This document shows positions 9,520-18,726 of a DNA stretch of 54,031 nucleotides, piece after piece. Every line of letters begins with the position of its first letter. Position 1 is the first letter of the stretch. The notes under the pieces are model-generated. The model worked only from the letters and a program-made list of their open reading frames with translations. It did no database searches and was not told where the DNA came from. The translations under genes were made by a program, and so were the position numbers. Source of the DNA: a virus (taxonomy: Duplodnaviria > Caudoviricetes); the IMG/VR virus record IMGVR_UViG_3300048080_000659, positions 1-54,031 of that record. One strand, given 5' to 3'.

Positions 9520-9735
9520 ATGGAAAAACGACTTGAGATGCTGGAGCTTGCGGCGGCGATCGAAGCTTTTCGCGTGGCCCTGATCGCGCGAGACGCGATC
9601 GACGAGCCCTGCTTTTGCGGCTCCGCGGAATGGGTTGCGGCACACGAGAAGGCGCGCGTCGCCGCGTGTCGGAAGCGCGCGGCCTACAAAGCGGTCTATG
9701 ACGCGGGCTTGCTGCCGCGCCCATACTGGTTTTGA
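9520..9735 (+). CDS. Hypothetical early protein
   Basis: GGAGG RBS after conserved promoter. Confidence 0.65.
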   Translation: MEKRLEMLELAAAIEAFRVALIARDAIDEPCFCGSAEWVAAHEKARVAACRKRAAYKAVYDAGLLPRPYWF

Positions 9736-9748
9736 AAGGAAGGGAACC

Positions 9749-10060
9749 ATGAGTCTGCTCGAAGAACTGATGAAGGAACCGAAACCCGAACACGGTGCTT
9801 GCCCCGGGTGCAGCGCACCTCGCGCCAAGCAGAAGCCCCACAAGGTGGTGGCCGGGGTCTTCGAGTGCACCAGGTGCAAGGCGGTGCACGGCCGCTGCTA
9901 CCTCGGCGACAGCTACGGGATCGTCAGGCCCTGGTTCTCGTCCAGGACTGACCTGAAAGACGCGGTCTACTTCGACTTCGAGACCGTCGGCAGCGAGGGG
10001 CTCGACCGCCGCCACGGCTGGTACGACCCGGCGACCCGCTTGGTCTTGCAGATCGGGTGA
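9749..10060 (+). CDS. Zinc-finger hypothetical protein
   Basis: AAGGAAGG RBS; CPGC and CTRC pairs. Confidence 0.65.
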   Translation: MSLLEELMKEPKPEHGACPGCSAPRAKQKPHKVVAGVFECTRCKAVHGRCYLGDSYGIVRPWFSSRTDLKDAVYFDFETVGSEGLDRRHGWYDPATRLVLQIG

Positions 10061-10095
10061 CGAAAATGGACACCGAACACAGGAGGAAGACGACG

Positions 10096-10464
10096 ATGGA
10101 AACGAAGAATGAAGTCCCCGCGCACCTCGTACAGTTCCAGCACGAAAACTTCGGGGTCGGCGCGTGCCTGACGGCCGCACGCTACGCCGTCGCGCACCCG
10201 GACGAGACCGTCACGCTGGAACTATGGAAGCACGATGGAGCATGGACAACGGTGAGCGTCTTGCGCTTCGGCTTCACGCGGCTGAACGGGAGCAAGACCG
10301 TCCGCTGGGCCAGCGAGCACGGGCGCCTGACCGGCGCGGGAAGCCACGCGATCCTTGCCACGGGCCGCGTCGAGACCGCAGAGCAAGCCGCAGTCGAAAC
10401 GGCGCTGGTGCTCGCGAACGAAGCTGGGCGCCAGCACGCCAGCCCGGCATGGGTGCAGACGTGA
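10096..10464 (+). CDS. Hypothetical protein
   Basis: AGGAGG RBS before METKNE start. Confidence 0.6.
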   Translation: METKNEVPAHLVQFQHENFGVGACLTAARYAVAHPDETVTLELWKHDGAWTTVSVLRFGFTRLNGSKTVRWASEHGRLTGAGSHAILATGRVETAEQAAVETALVLANEAGRQHASPAWVQT

Positions 10465-11108
10465 GCGACCCAGCCGCCGCGCCGGCGCCCAACCTGCCGC
10501 CCACCCTGGACTTCGACGACGTGGTCACCGTCGAAGCGAACGAGAAGGGCCTCGGCGCCTACACGCGCCACTACGGCGTGCGCATCAAGCACGATCACCC
10601 TGGGGGGTCATGGCGACGTGACGGCGAGGTATGGGTCTCGCCCGGCATGAACACCAAAGAACTGTGGCCCGACATGAGCGGGCCGCCGACCGTGCAGCTC
10701 GGCTCTGGCGACATTCGCACGCTCATGTACGCGATCGGCGCGGCCGACGGCTGCCAGAAAGTCGTCAACCGCCTAACGCCAGCCAATCGCCGGGACCAAA
10801 AACTCGACGCCCACGCGAGCGTCGTCGTCGAACCGACGAAGATCCGTTTCGTCATCATGTCGGGGCGCGAATACACACGGGGCAGAGAGCATCCTGCCGG
10901 CATCGACTTCGAGCATGAGCGGATTTTCGAGCCGACCGAAAACGGACCACACGAGCCCGTCGCGCTCGGCGCGCGCTACCTGCTCGACATCGCAACGCGA
11001 ATCGGACACGCAGGAGTCGAGATCGATCTGTGGATCAGCAACAAGACCGACGTCGTCGGAATCCGCGGCGCGTACGGCGAGGCCATCTTGATGCCGGAGC
11101 GGCTATGA
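10461..11108 (+). CDS. Hypothetical protein; C-terminus loosely resembles a beta-clamp C-terminal segment
   Basis: GTGA coupling to upstream gene; ARYLLDIA...AILMPERL ending. Confidence 0.5.
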   Translation: MSDPAAAPAPNLPPTLDFDDVVTVEANEKGLGAYTRHYGVRIKHDHPGGSWRRDGEVWVSPGMNTKELWPDMSGPPTVQLGSGDIRTLMYAIGAADGCQKVVNRLTPANRRDQKLDAHASVVVEPTKIRFVIMSGREYTRGREHPAGIDFEHERIFEPTENGPHEPVALGARYLLDIATRIGHAGVEIDLWISNKTDVVGIRGAYGEAILMPERL

Positions 11109-11159
11109 GAGCGAGAGCACGTGACCTGGTTGGCCCGAGGAGCCCGCCAGGCGCAGCGC

Positions 11160-11918
11160 CTAGCGCGTGTTGAGATCGCCGACCGCAGCCGCGCCGATCT
11201 CGACGCCCCAGCGCGCGACCCCTTCGCGGGCGAACCAGGCTCCCATGACCGTGTCCGTCTGTGCGCTCATCGGGTAGTCCATCGTCTCGCGCACCCACGT
11301 GCACCAGCCGCAGCGGCACACGGGCGGATGCCCCTCGAACTCGTCGGCCGGGATCACCCACGCCTTGTTGTGGAACTCGACCTCGAGCGAGGGCAGTCCG
11401 ATCTCGGGCTTCATCTTGTTGGCGCCCGTCGTGAAGGACTCCACCTTGAACCACCAGGAGTAGTCCGTGACGCCGTGCTTGATCCAGTCGATCAGCGCTT
11501 GCTGGTAGCCGTTGTTCTCGACCATGATCACGCGCACGTTCGGGTGCCGCGCGACCACGTCGCCCAGGTGCCCGGCCAGAACTGGGCTCGTCCAGGCCCC
11601 GGTGACGATCTCAAGCGGGTAGCGTCGGTGGGTCGAAGGGTCGATGGCGAGCACGAAGATCACGTTGCCCGGCCGCTTGTCGCCCGCCAGGTCCACGCCG
11701 ATGAAGACGGGCCAGCCGCGTCGGGCGACTTCGCCGGTCACAATCCCGTGGGCGTAGCAGCTCGTGAAGGACGGGAACATCCGCTCCTCGTCCGAGAATG
11801 CGCGCATCTCGAAGCCGCGGGCGTAGGCGCGCGGGTTGCGCTCCTTCTCGGCCATGAGCCGTTCGCGGTTCCAGTGCGACCAGACGGGAAGGTCGGGGAG
11901 CTTGTGCGACTGCTGCAC
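11160..11918 (-). CDS. terL: Terminase large subunit, C-terminal RNase H-like nuclease part (separate gene)
   Basis: IGVDLA, VIMVENNGYQQAL, FTTG.NK and YP....DTVMG.WFA motifs; likely GTG start at 11918 with TAGACT 7 nt upstream; no ATPase domain. Confidence 0.85.
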   Translation of the reverse strand: MQQSHKLPDLPVWSHWNRERLMAEKERNPRAYARGFEMRAFSDEERMFPSFTSCYAHGIVTGEVARRGWPVFIGVDLAGDKRPGNVIFVLAIDPSTHRRYPLEIVTGAWTSPVLAGHLGDVVARHPNVRVIMVENNGYQQALIDWIKHGVTDYSWWFKVESFTTGANKMKPEIGLPSLEVEFHNKAWVIPADEFEGHPPVCRCGWCTWVRETMDYPMSAQTDTVMGAWFAREGVARWGVEIGAAAVGDLNTR

Positions 11919-11928
11919 AGGGGGGAGT

Positions 11929-12351
11929 CTACACCGTCGCGCAGCCGCTCCGGTGGAACCCGCGCCCGCCGCAGTCCTGGCAGGGGTCGCCGTGGTACAC
12001 GCCGCAGACCTTGCAGCAGTCGTCGGGTCCGAGGGTGCAGTCCTCGTCGGCGTTGTGCAGCACCTCGTCCGCGGCGGCGATACCGGCAAGCAGCATGCCG
12101 GCCGTGAAGTTCATTTCGGCCACGTGCTTCATGCCGCCGCGAACCGTCACCATGCCGCCCGCGGTCAGGGCCTTCTTCGCGTCCGCCAGTGCCGCCGGCA
12201 TGGCCTCGACCACGTGGCGCTTGAGCGCGGCCGTGAGCGCATCGAGCCGCTCGTGCGCGAGCGCCGTCTTGCCGTGCTTCGCGGCCCATTCGACCGCGCC
12301 GCGCATCGCGATGTCGCATGCGGCCTTCACCAGTTCCACCGTGGCAGTCAT
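11929..12351 (-). CDS. Hypothetical protein with Cys-rich C-terminus
   Basis: AAGGA RBS before MTATVEL; CCKVC..HGDPCQDCGGRGFH. Confidence 0.6.
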   Translation of the reverse strand: MTATVELVKAACDIAMRGAVEWAAKHGKTALAHERLDALTAALKRHVVEAMPAALADAKKALTAGGMVTVRGGMKHVAEMNFTAGMLLAGIAAADEVLHNADEDCTLGPDDCCKVCGVYHGDPCQDCGGRGFHRSGCATV

Positions 12352-12704
12352 GTGCTGTTCCTTTCGTACTCGGCCGCTGTCTCGAAGCGGTCGTGGACCG
12401 GGATGGGGTAGGCGTTGATGCGGCGGAAGGGGGCGTCGCAGGCCCAGATGTAGTTCCCGCCGGCCATGGGTCCCACCATGTTCTCCGGGTGAACGAGCGG
12501 CTCGGCGTGCATGTACTCGCGGCCCCCGATGTTGCGCACGACCAGCTTCAGGACGGGCCTGCGTGCCGCGGCAGGGTCCCACCCCTTGGGGCCGCCATCG
12601 GGGCCGATCAAGACGACGTCGTCGTGCTTGCCCGTGACGCCGCCGTTCGTGCAATCGCCCGGCCGTCGAAGAACCTCGCAGTGAATCGCGAATCGCTTTT
12701 CCAT
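12348..12704 (-). CDS. Hypothetical early protein
   Basis: GGAGG RBS after conserved promoter; DCTNGG, GPMAGGN, PIPVHDR motifs. Confidence 0.7.
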   Translation of the reverse strand: MEKRFAIHCEVLRRPGDCTNGGVTGKHDDVVLIGPDGGPKGWDPAAARRPVLKLVVRNIGGREYMHAEPLVHPENMVGPMAGGNYIWACDAPFRRINAYPIPVHDRFETAAEYERNST

Positions 12705-12724
12705 CGCTCATTGCCTCCATAATC

Positions 12725-12856
12725 AGTATAGACGCCGTATCCCGTACGTCAACACAAAAAACGTACGACAGGATGCCGCGACGCTTCCGAGCACGCGCGC
12801 CGCGTCAGTTCAACCGCGTGTTTTTGTGTTGACGTAGGACGCACGGCGCGTATACT
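12725..12856. promoter_or_regulatory. Divergent pair of conserved early promoters
   Basis: Minus copy 12725-12761 and plus copy 12821-12856, both TTGACG-N16-TATACT. Confidence 0.85.
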
Positions 12857-12880
12857 CGAATCGTGAAAGAGAGGACGACG

Positions 12881-13405
12881 ATGGCTGCGCCGGAAACCGC
12901 GAAGACGACTCACCCCTTCGACCGCGCGGGACTCGGCGCCCCGCCCTACCGCTTCCTGGGCGTGCGGAAGAACTGGTTCGTGGTCTGCCCCGGCGAACCC
13001 GGCAAGCCTGGCGGGTCCTGTGACTACTGCGGGCAGGGGATCGCGTTCGAGTTCCACGTCGAAGCCGCGAACGGCAAGCGGTTCAAGGTCGGCTCGGATT
13101 GCATCGCCAAAGTGAACCGCACCGCTGTCATCGACACTGAACTGGACAAGGCCCGCCGCAAGCACGAGCGCACGGTCCGACACGAGCGCGAGGAAGCGTT
13201 CCTCGTTGAAGGCCGCGCCTTCCTGGCACGCCCCGAGGTCATTGCGGCGCTGACTGCGCGTCCGCACCCGCAAGAGTGGCGCGCTGTGAAGGGCGAAACG
13301 CTGGCGGACATGGTCGGCTGGTACATGACCCACGCCGGCACGGCGGGTCGCAAGTACGCGATCAAGACCGCGCGCGCCGCAATGGAAAACCGGGGGCCGT
13401 CGTGA
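12881..13405 (+). CDS. Hypothetical zinc-binding early protein
   Basis: GAGGA RBS; CDYCG...VGSDC. Confidence 0.65.
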   Translation: MAAPETAKTTHPFDRAGLGAPPYRFLGVRKNWFVVCPGEPGKPGGSCDYCGQGIAFEFHVEAANGKRFKVGSDCIAKVNRTAVIDTELDKARRKHERTVRHEREEAFLVEGRAFLARPEVIAALTARPHPQEWRAVKGETLADMVGWYMTHAGTAGRKYAIKTARAAMENRGPS

Positions 13406-13887
13406 TGGACACCGACGAGTACCGAGCGCTCATGCGCCGGCTGGCGGACGTGTGCGCGCGCGAGGCCCGTAGCGGGACGTTTCACCGCAGCACGACGCTA
13501 TACGACGTGTTCGCGCGCGCAGGCGAGGAACGCAGGGACGCGCCGATCGTTCCCGCCGCGGGCTGGAACGAAGACGCATATTCACGCTCCATCGTAGGCG
13601 ATCCACGCTGGCCGCGTCTTTGGCTGCTGCGGCCAACCGTCGGCGGGAAAGACCCGAATCGCACCGATGATCCTTGGCTGGACGTCGGCGGGGCGAAGTA
13701 TAACGCGGCCTTCGGCTTCGTGATCCGCGCGCAAAGCGAGAACGACGCGCGGGCGCTCGCAAGCGCGAACGCTGGCGACGAAGGCGCGGACGCGTGGACT
13801 GATCCGGCGTGGGCGTCCTGCGTCCGACTGACAGACGCAGGCGAGAACGACATGGTGATGTGTGACTTCCGTGCTTGAGGCTGCACG

Positions 13888-14499
13888 ATGAGCGCCACCG
13901 GCCGCGGTCCCCGTCTCGGTGGCAACCACGACGACTACGAAACGCCGGCGTGGGCCGTGCACCGACTGCTCGAGGCGATGCCGGCGCTGCCGCTCGGGCC
14001 GTGGCTCGAGCCGTGCGCGGGCTGGGGCGCCATCATCCGCGCGGTCAGGTCCCTGGGCAGGATCGTACCGGCGGTACCGTGGCGGACGTGCGAGGTTCAG
14101 GCGAAGTTCCAGCAGGAGCTGCACTCGCTGACTGGCGCCGAGCCCATCATCAAGAGCTTCCTCGCCACGACTGCGGCGGACTTCGACAGACTTCCCGTGC
14201 ACGTCATCACAAACCCGCCGTTCGCGCTGGCCGAGGAGATCATCCGGCACGCGCGGGCGCTGTTCCCGCAGGCGACGGTCACGATGCTCCTGCGGCTCAA
14301 CTTCCTCGCGAGCAAGAAGCGCCAGGCGTGGCTCTCGACCGACACGCCCGATGTTTACGTGCTACCGGACCGGCCAAGCTTCCACAACCGCAAGACCGAC
14401 GCGACGGAGTACGGTTGGATGGTGTGGCCCCCGGAGCGGCGCACGAAGGGGACCGTCCAGGTGCTCGCGGCGACACCGAAAGCGGAAAGGCTAAGATGA
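13888..14499 (+). CDS. DNA amino-methyltransferase (N6-A or N4-C)
   Basis: D.YETP.W, LEPCAG.G (motif I) and ITNPPF (motif IV). Confidence 0.85.
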   Translation: MSATGRGPRLGGNHDDYETPAWAVHRLLEAMPALPLGPWLEPCAGWGAIIRAVRSLGRIVPAVPWRTCEVQAKFQQELHSLTGAEPIIKSFLATTAADFDRLPVHVITNPPFALAEEIIRHARALFPQATVTMLLRLNFLASKKRQAWLSTDTPDVYVLPDRPSFHNRKTDATEYGWMVWPPERRTKGTVQVLAATPKAERLR

Positions 14500-15876
14500 A
14501 CCGGGAAGGAAAAACCACATGAGAAAACCGACGATATACGAAGCATTGGTGAAGAGGCTAGGTCGAAACCCCACTGACTCTGAACTGAAAGCCGAGGTCA
14601 AGCGAATCATGCAGGAAGCGCTTGTGGAGGCGGCCTCTAAAGGCAAGTTGCCTCACCAAAGAAAGCGGCGCTGAATCCGATGAACGTCTACATGGTGAAC
14701 CGCCTGACCGGCGAGCTGATCGAAGCGCCGCTAGACGACTACATGGCGATGTCGGTGGACGACGCGGACATCTACCTCGTCTCGCTCGAGCTGGCCGTGG
14801 CCGAGCGCGCGGCAGCAGCCATCGTGAGACGGCAAGAGGCGAGGAACTGATGACCCGCCCTCCTGGACGCCACGCCGACACGCTTCCGGCCACGTGCTGG
14901 CGCGAGCGCATAGCCCGCTGGTATTCGGACTGTGGTCCGCTCGCGGAGACGGATGAGGAACGGGATTTTCTGACCCGGTGTGCCCGGCAAACGCGGGCCG
15001 GCGCGATCTTGCCGGTGTGCCCAGTGTGCCGGCACGCACTCACTCCCGGGGCGCCCGATGAGCTTTGGTGCTCGAGCTGCCTCTTCGCCTTCAGGATCCC
15101 ATGACTGAAAAAACCATCGTCCAGTGCCGCGAGTGCTTGAAGCGAGTGGAGGAATGCAAGTGCCCGTGCCGCGGGTGCGGACACACGCGCCTGTGGCACA
15201 GAAGCTACGAACACACTTGTGTTGCGTGCGCGTGCGAGTCGTTCGAGCCGTGCTTGCGGGAGATTCGACAATGACAGCGCACGACGTAGAGAAACAGGCT
15301 TTGGTCCTTGATCGTACGGCGGTTATTCGAGTGGTGTCAGCCCTGCGGCAATATCGGCAGGCCGCAGTGTTGCTACTTGGTAAGCGTTACGCCGATGGTG
15401 AGGTCGATGCAGTGGCGTTACACGTCTTCAAGGCTGAGGTCAACAATGCCGAAGAGGTCCTTTTGGAGGGTGAAGATGGCTAGTTGCACCTCCGAGTTCC
15501 ACGCCGAGTTACGCCGCTCCGACCTTCCCGTGCCGCAGACCATCAACCACCGCACATGGCCCGAGGAAGGTCTCGTGCTCGCGGAGTGCGTCGCTTGCGG
15601 CAGCACGCTCTCGGTGCGTGTTGGACCGGCGCAGGAGGAAGCGTGACCCGCGCCCAACTCCGCGTGCTGTTCGCGCTAGCCCAGCGGTCGTTCGGTACAC
15701 CGTCCAGGACATCGAACAGGACGAAGTTCGGGCGCGTCTCCGGCTCGGCCGCGTTCGCGCTCATTCGGCGCGGGCTGGTCGAGCGCGTGATCCCGCGCTG
15801 GGATGGCGAAGGACCGCAACCGCCGGTGCAGGTCCGCCTCACGGCCGCGGGGCTCAAGGCGCTCAAGGAGGCGCAG

Positions 15877-16256
15877 TGAAAGTCGCTGACGAGATGACGG
15901 CTGATGACGTTGCGGTGCGCGCGGCCGAAGGCGCGGCGCTCGATGCGGCAACGGAAGCGATGTATCTAGCGGAGGAGGCGGCACAAACGGCGTTCAAGAA
16001 GGTGAAGAAAGCGAAGCGATCTTCGTCATGGTGGGAGGCGGCGACCGCATGGGAGGCAGCGGCAAAGGCGGCGAAGGCGGCGGCGGCAGCGACGACGAAA
16101 GCCGCGAAAGCCGCGAAGAAAGCGGCACTATTGGAGGTGCTATCGGGAATGACGGAAGCGGAAAGATCAGCACTCAAAGAGGTGCCATCAGAGAAGGAAT
16201 CGGAAAAGCTACTCGTCCGAGCATTCGATCGAGCACTCAAGGATGCCGCCGGATGA
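15877..16256 (+). CDS. Ala/Lys-rich low-complexity hypothetical protein
   Basis: GGAGG RBS before GTG; AAKAAKAAAA tract. Confidence 0.45.
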
Positions 16257-17007
16257 CGGCTAGTCCTTGGCTTTTCTCTGTCGGCCGCCTAGCCTTCGCG
16301 CGTCAGGGTCTCGATGCGCTCGATGGCTGGCGGCACCTGTGGTGGCGGCTCTGGTGGCGCCTGCCGCCCGTGCCCGCCCTCCCGTCCATCTTCGCCGTGC
16401 CGCGGGTCCTGCACTGGATCCACGACGGCACAGGCTATCCGCTTTGCGGCGCGCGGCAGGGAGCACCGTGGACGGTAGAGTTTCACGCGGTGACGTGCGC
16501 GGACTGCCTGCGGGAGGGGTTACCGTTCGTGATCCGCGAGCGGACGAACACGCGCTGAGGGTTTAGCCTTTAGCCGCCGCGTCGTCAGCAGGAGCGTCGA
16601 TAGTCCGCGCGTAGAGCGCTTGGCCATCAGCGCACATTACGACCACTGCACAGCCGCACGTACACTCCGTGCGCCCACGGGCCCGGCGGCGAGCCGCCTC
16701 TGCCCGCTCAGGGCTCCTGTGCCTCGAGATCACCCGATCACTCGGCGCGCTCGGATGCCCGTCGCCGCCCCCGTGAAACACAGTGCGTCGTACCTCGTAC
16801 GTCACGCGCTAAACTCGCCGTCGTCGTTGTCAAACGTGGCCCAGTGACCGCAACATCCACCCACCGGGAGATCCGAGGCGTCCTCGGCGAGCATTGCGCG
16901 CCGCAGGGCCTCTATGTCGCGCTCCCTCTCAGCGTCAGACCGCATGTCTTTGCTTAGCCCCAGATTTTCCATCGTGTCGCGTTTCATCTTTCTTGCCTCC
17001 GATATTG

Positions 17008-17131
17008 AGTATACGCGCCGTATCACTCACGTCAACACAAAAGCACCACGGCAGCCTGACGCGACGCGCACACCGGGGAACGGCGCGTCATAGTGCTTTT
17101 GTGTTGACGGGAGACGCACGGCGCGTATACT
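17008..17131. promoter_or_regulatory. Divergent pair of conserved early promoters forming an inverted repeat
   Basis: Minus copy 17008-17042 and plus copy 17097-17131; perfect 17-bp IR cgtcaacacaaaagcac / gtgcttttgtgttgacg. Confidence 0.85.
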
Positions 17132-17151
17132 CAGTGTTGGAGGTAACGACG

Positions 17152-17756
17152 ATGGCGATACGACGAAATGGACGACCACAAGCCTGCTGCAACTGTCGAA
17201 AAATTGTGCCGGCAGGCGCCGGGGAATTGCTTCAGCACTACGACGAAGACGACGATGACCGCGTGATCTGGTTGGTGCGTTGCCTGGACGACGCAACATG
17301 CAAAGCGCGCGTCGAGGCAACGAGGGCAGCGAAGGCGACGCGGCTCGCGGCGCAGGTCGCGCGCGACAACGCGGTCAGAGAGTCCGCACTCACTGCGCTT
17401 GGCGAGCGTGCCCTGGTCATCCAGCACATCGAGCGCTGGCGCGACAAGCCCTTCATCACGGACTACGAGCGCGCGCTACTCGACGCGCTGATCGCGGCGA
17501 GCGCCCCGACCACGCTGCTGGACAGATTGTTGTCGTCGGTGAGGAAGTACCGATCGACGTCCAGAGCCGCCTCTACGGTGGCGGATCCTGGTTCGTGATC
17601 GCAGAGGACAAGGTCTGGCACGTCGTGAATAACGGCGGGGACGGTGACGACTGGAGCCACAACAATTTTCGCACGGGCGGGGCGGGCGCGGTCGGCCGGT
17701 CGCTGCCAAAAACACCAGAACTCGAAGCGCAGGTCCGCGCTATCGTGCGATCATGA
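17152..17756 (+). pseudogene. Early gene disrupted by a 115-bp copied segment (frameshifted)
   Basis: Start after promoter and GGAGG; the protein-like C-terminus (YGGGSWFVI...NNGGDGDDWSHNN) lies in another frame after the repeat. Confidence 0.5.
17382..17496 (+). repeat. 115-bp direct repeat, copy 1
   Basis: Identical to 28271-28385. Confidence 0.9.
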
Positions 17757-18042
17757 GCACCCGCACCGGCAAGTTCACGAACCACATCGCCGCCGACAAG
17801 GTCGGCGAGGGCGTGCCCCGCAAGGCTCTCCGTCGCGTCTTCCACCACGCGAGCCACAAGGAGCGGGCCTACCTCTACCGCAACCCGGGCGAAGTCGCGC
17901 GTCGGGCCCGCGCAGCTCTACCGCCGCCATCCCCAGTCGCGCGGAAGCCGAAGCCGCCACGGGCCACGACCGAGCGCGAGAAGCTCACCGCCCGTGTGCG
18001 CGCGATGCTCGGCCGGCCGGCGCTCCCCCGCTCCGTGCGCAA

Positions 18043-18507
18043 ATGACCGGCCACAACAAGGCGTGCATGCTGAACGCGGGACTGCCGTTCGAGGCGGTCT
18101 GCACGTGCGAGGTCGAGAACGCCCGCACGCTCTCGATAGACGACGGGATCGCGCTCTACCAAAAACGCACTGGCAAGCCCTGGCCAGTAGCAGCCACGAA
18201 CGCGGCAGCCGACGAGGCCGGGGATGCGCTCGTCTCCGGGTGCGTGAAGGCGCTGGCGCTGAACGTCCCCGAGCTGCCTCCAGCCGCGCGGCGCCCGACG
18301 GCCGAGGAGTTCATCGGGTTCTTCGGCAAGCTGGTTTCGGCGCTCGAGGCCGTGGCCCCCTCGCCGGCGAAGGCCGCGGCGCTCCTCGCGCTCGTCAAGA
18401 GCCTGAACATCGACGCGAGCGGGGAAGTCGAACTGAAGACGATCCTGACGCTCGTCGAGTGCGTGGCGCCATCGAAGGTGCCGGCCGCCAACGCGAAGCC
18501 GGACTAG
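18043..18507 (+). CDS. Hypothetical protein
   Basis: ATGA coupling; protein-like composition. Confidence 0.55.
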   Translation: MTGHNKACMLNAGLPFEAVCTCEVENARTLSIDDGIALYQKRTGKPWPVAATNAAADEAGDALVSGCVKALALNVPELPPAARRPTAEEFIGFFGKLVSALEAVAPSPAKAAALLALVKSLNIDASGEVELKTILTLVECVAPSKVPAANAKPD

Positions 18508-18726
18508 GCTGCGGGTGGCTCGACGCCCGGGTGATTCTCCGGGGCGAGCCACTGGAGGGTGTGCCGTAGGACCATGATCGCGTGGCGATCTTTCGTCGCT
18601 TCAACAGCCGCGACCGCTTCGTCGATCTGCTCCTTCGTCGAGCCGACGGCCAGGATTACTTCCTGCGCTTTGCGGAGCAGCCCCTGCGTGTCCATTGTGT
18701 TGATTGTGTACACACGCGCCTGAATG

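Noticed and set aside
11919-12089. Longer N-terminus of terL-C given by the ORF track
   Set aside because: It overlaps the Cys-rich upstream gene and has non-protein-like composition; GTG 11918 fits the -10 pattern.
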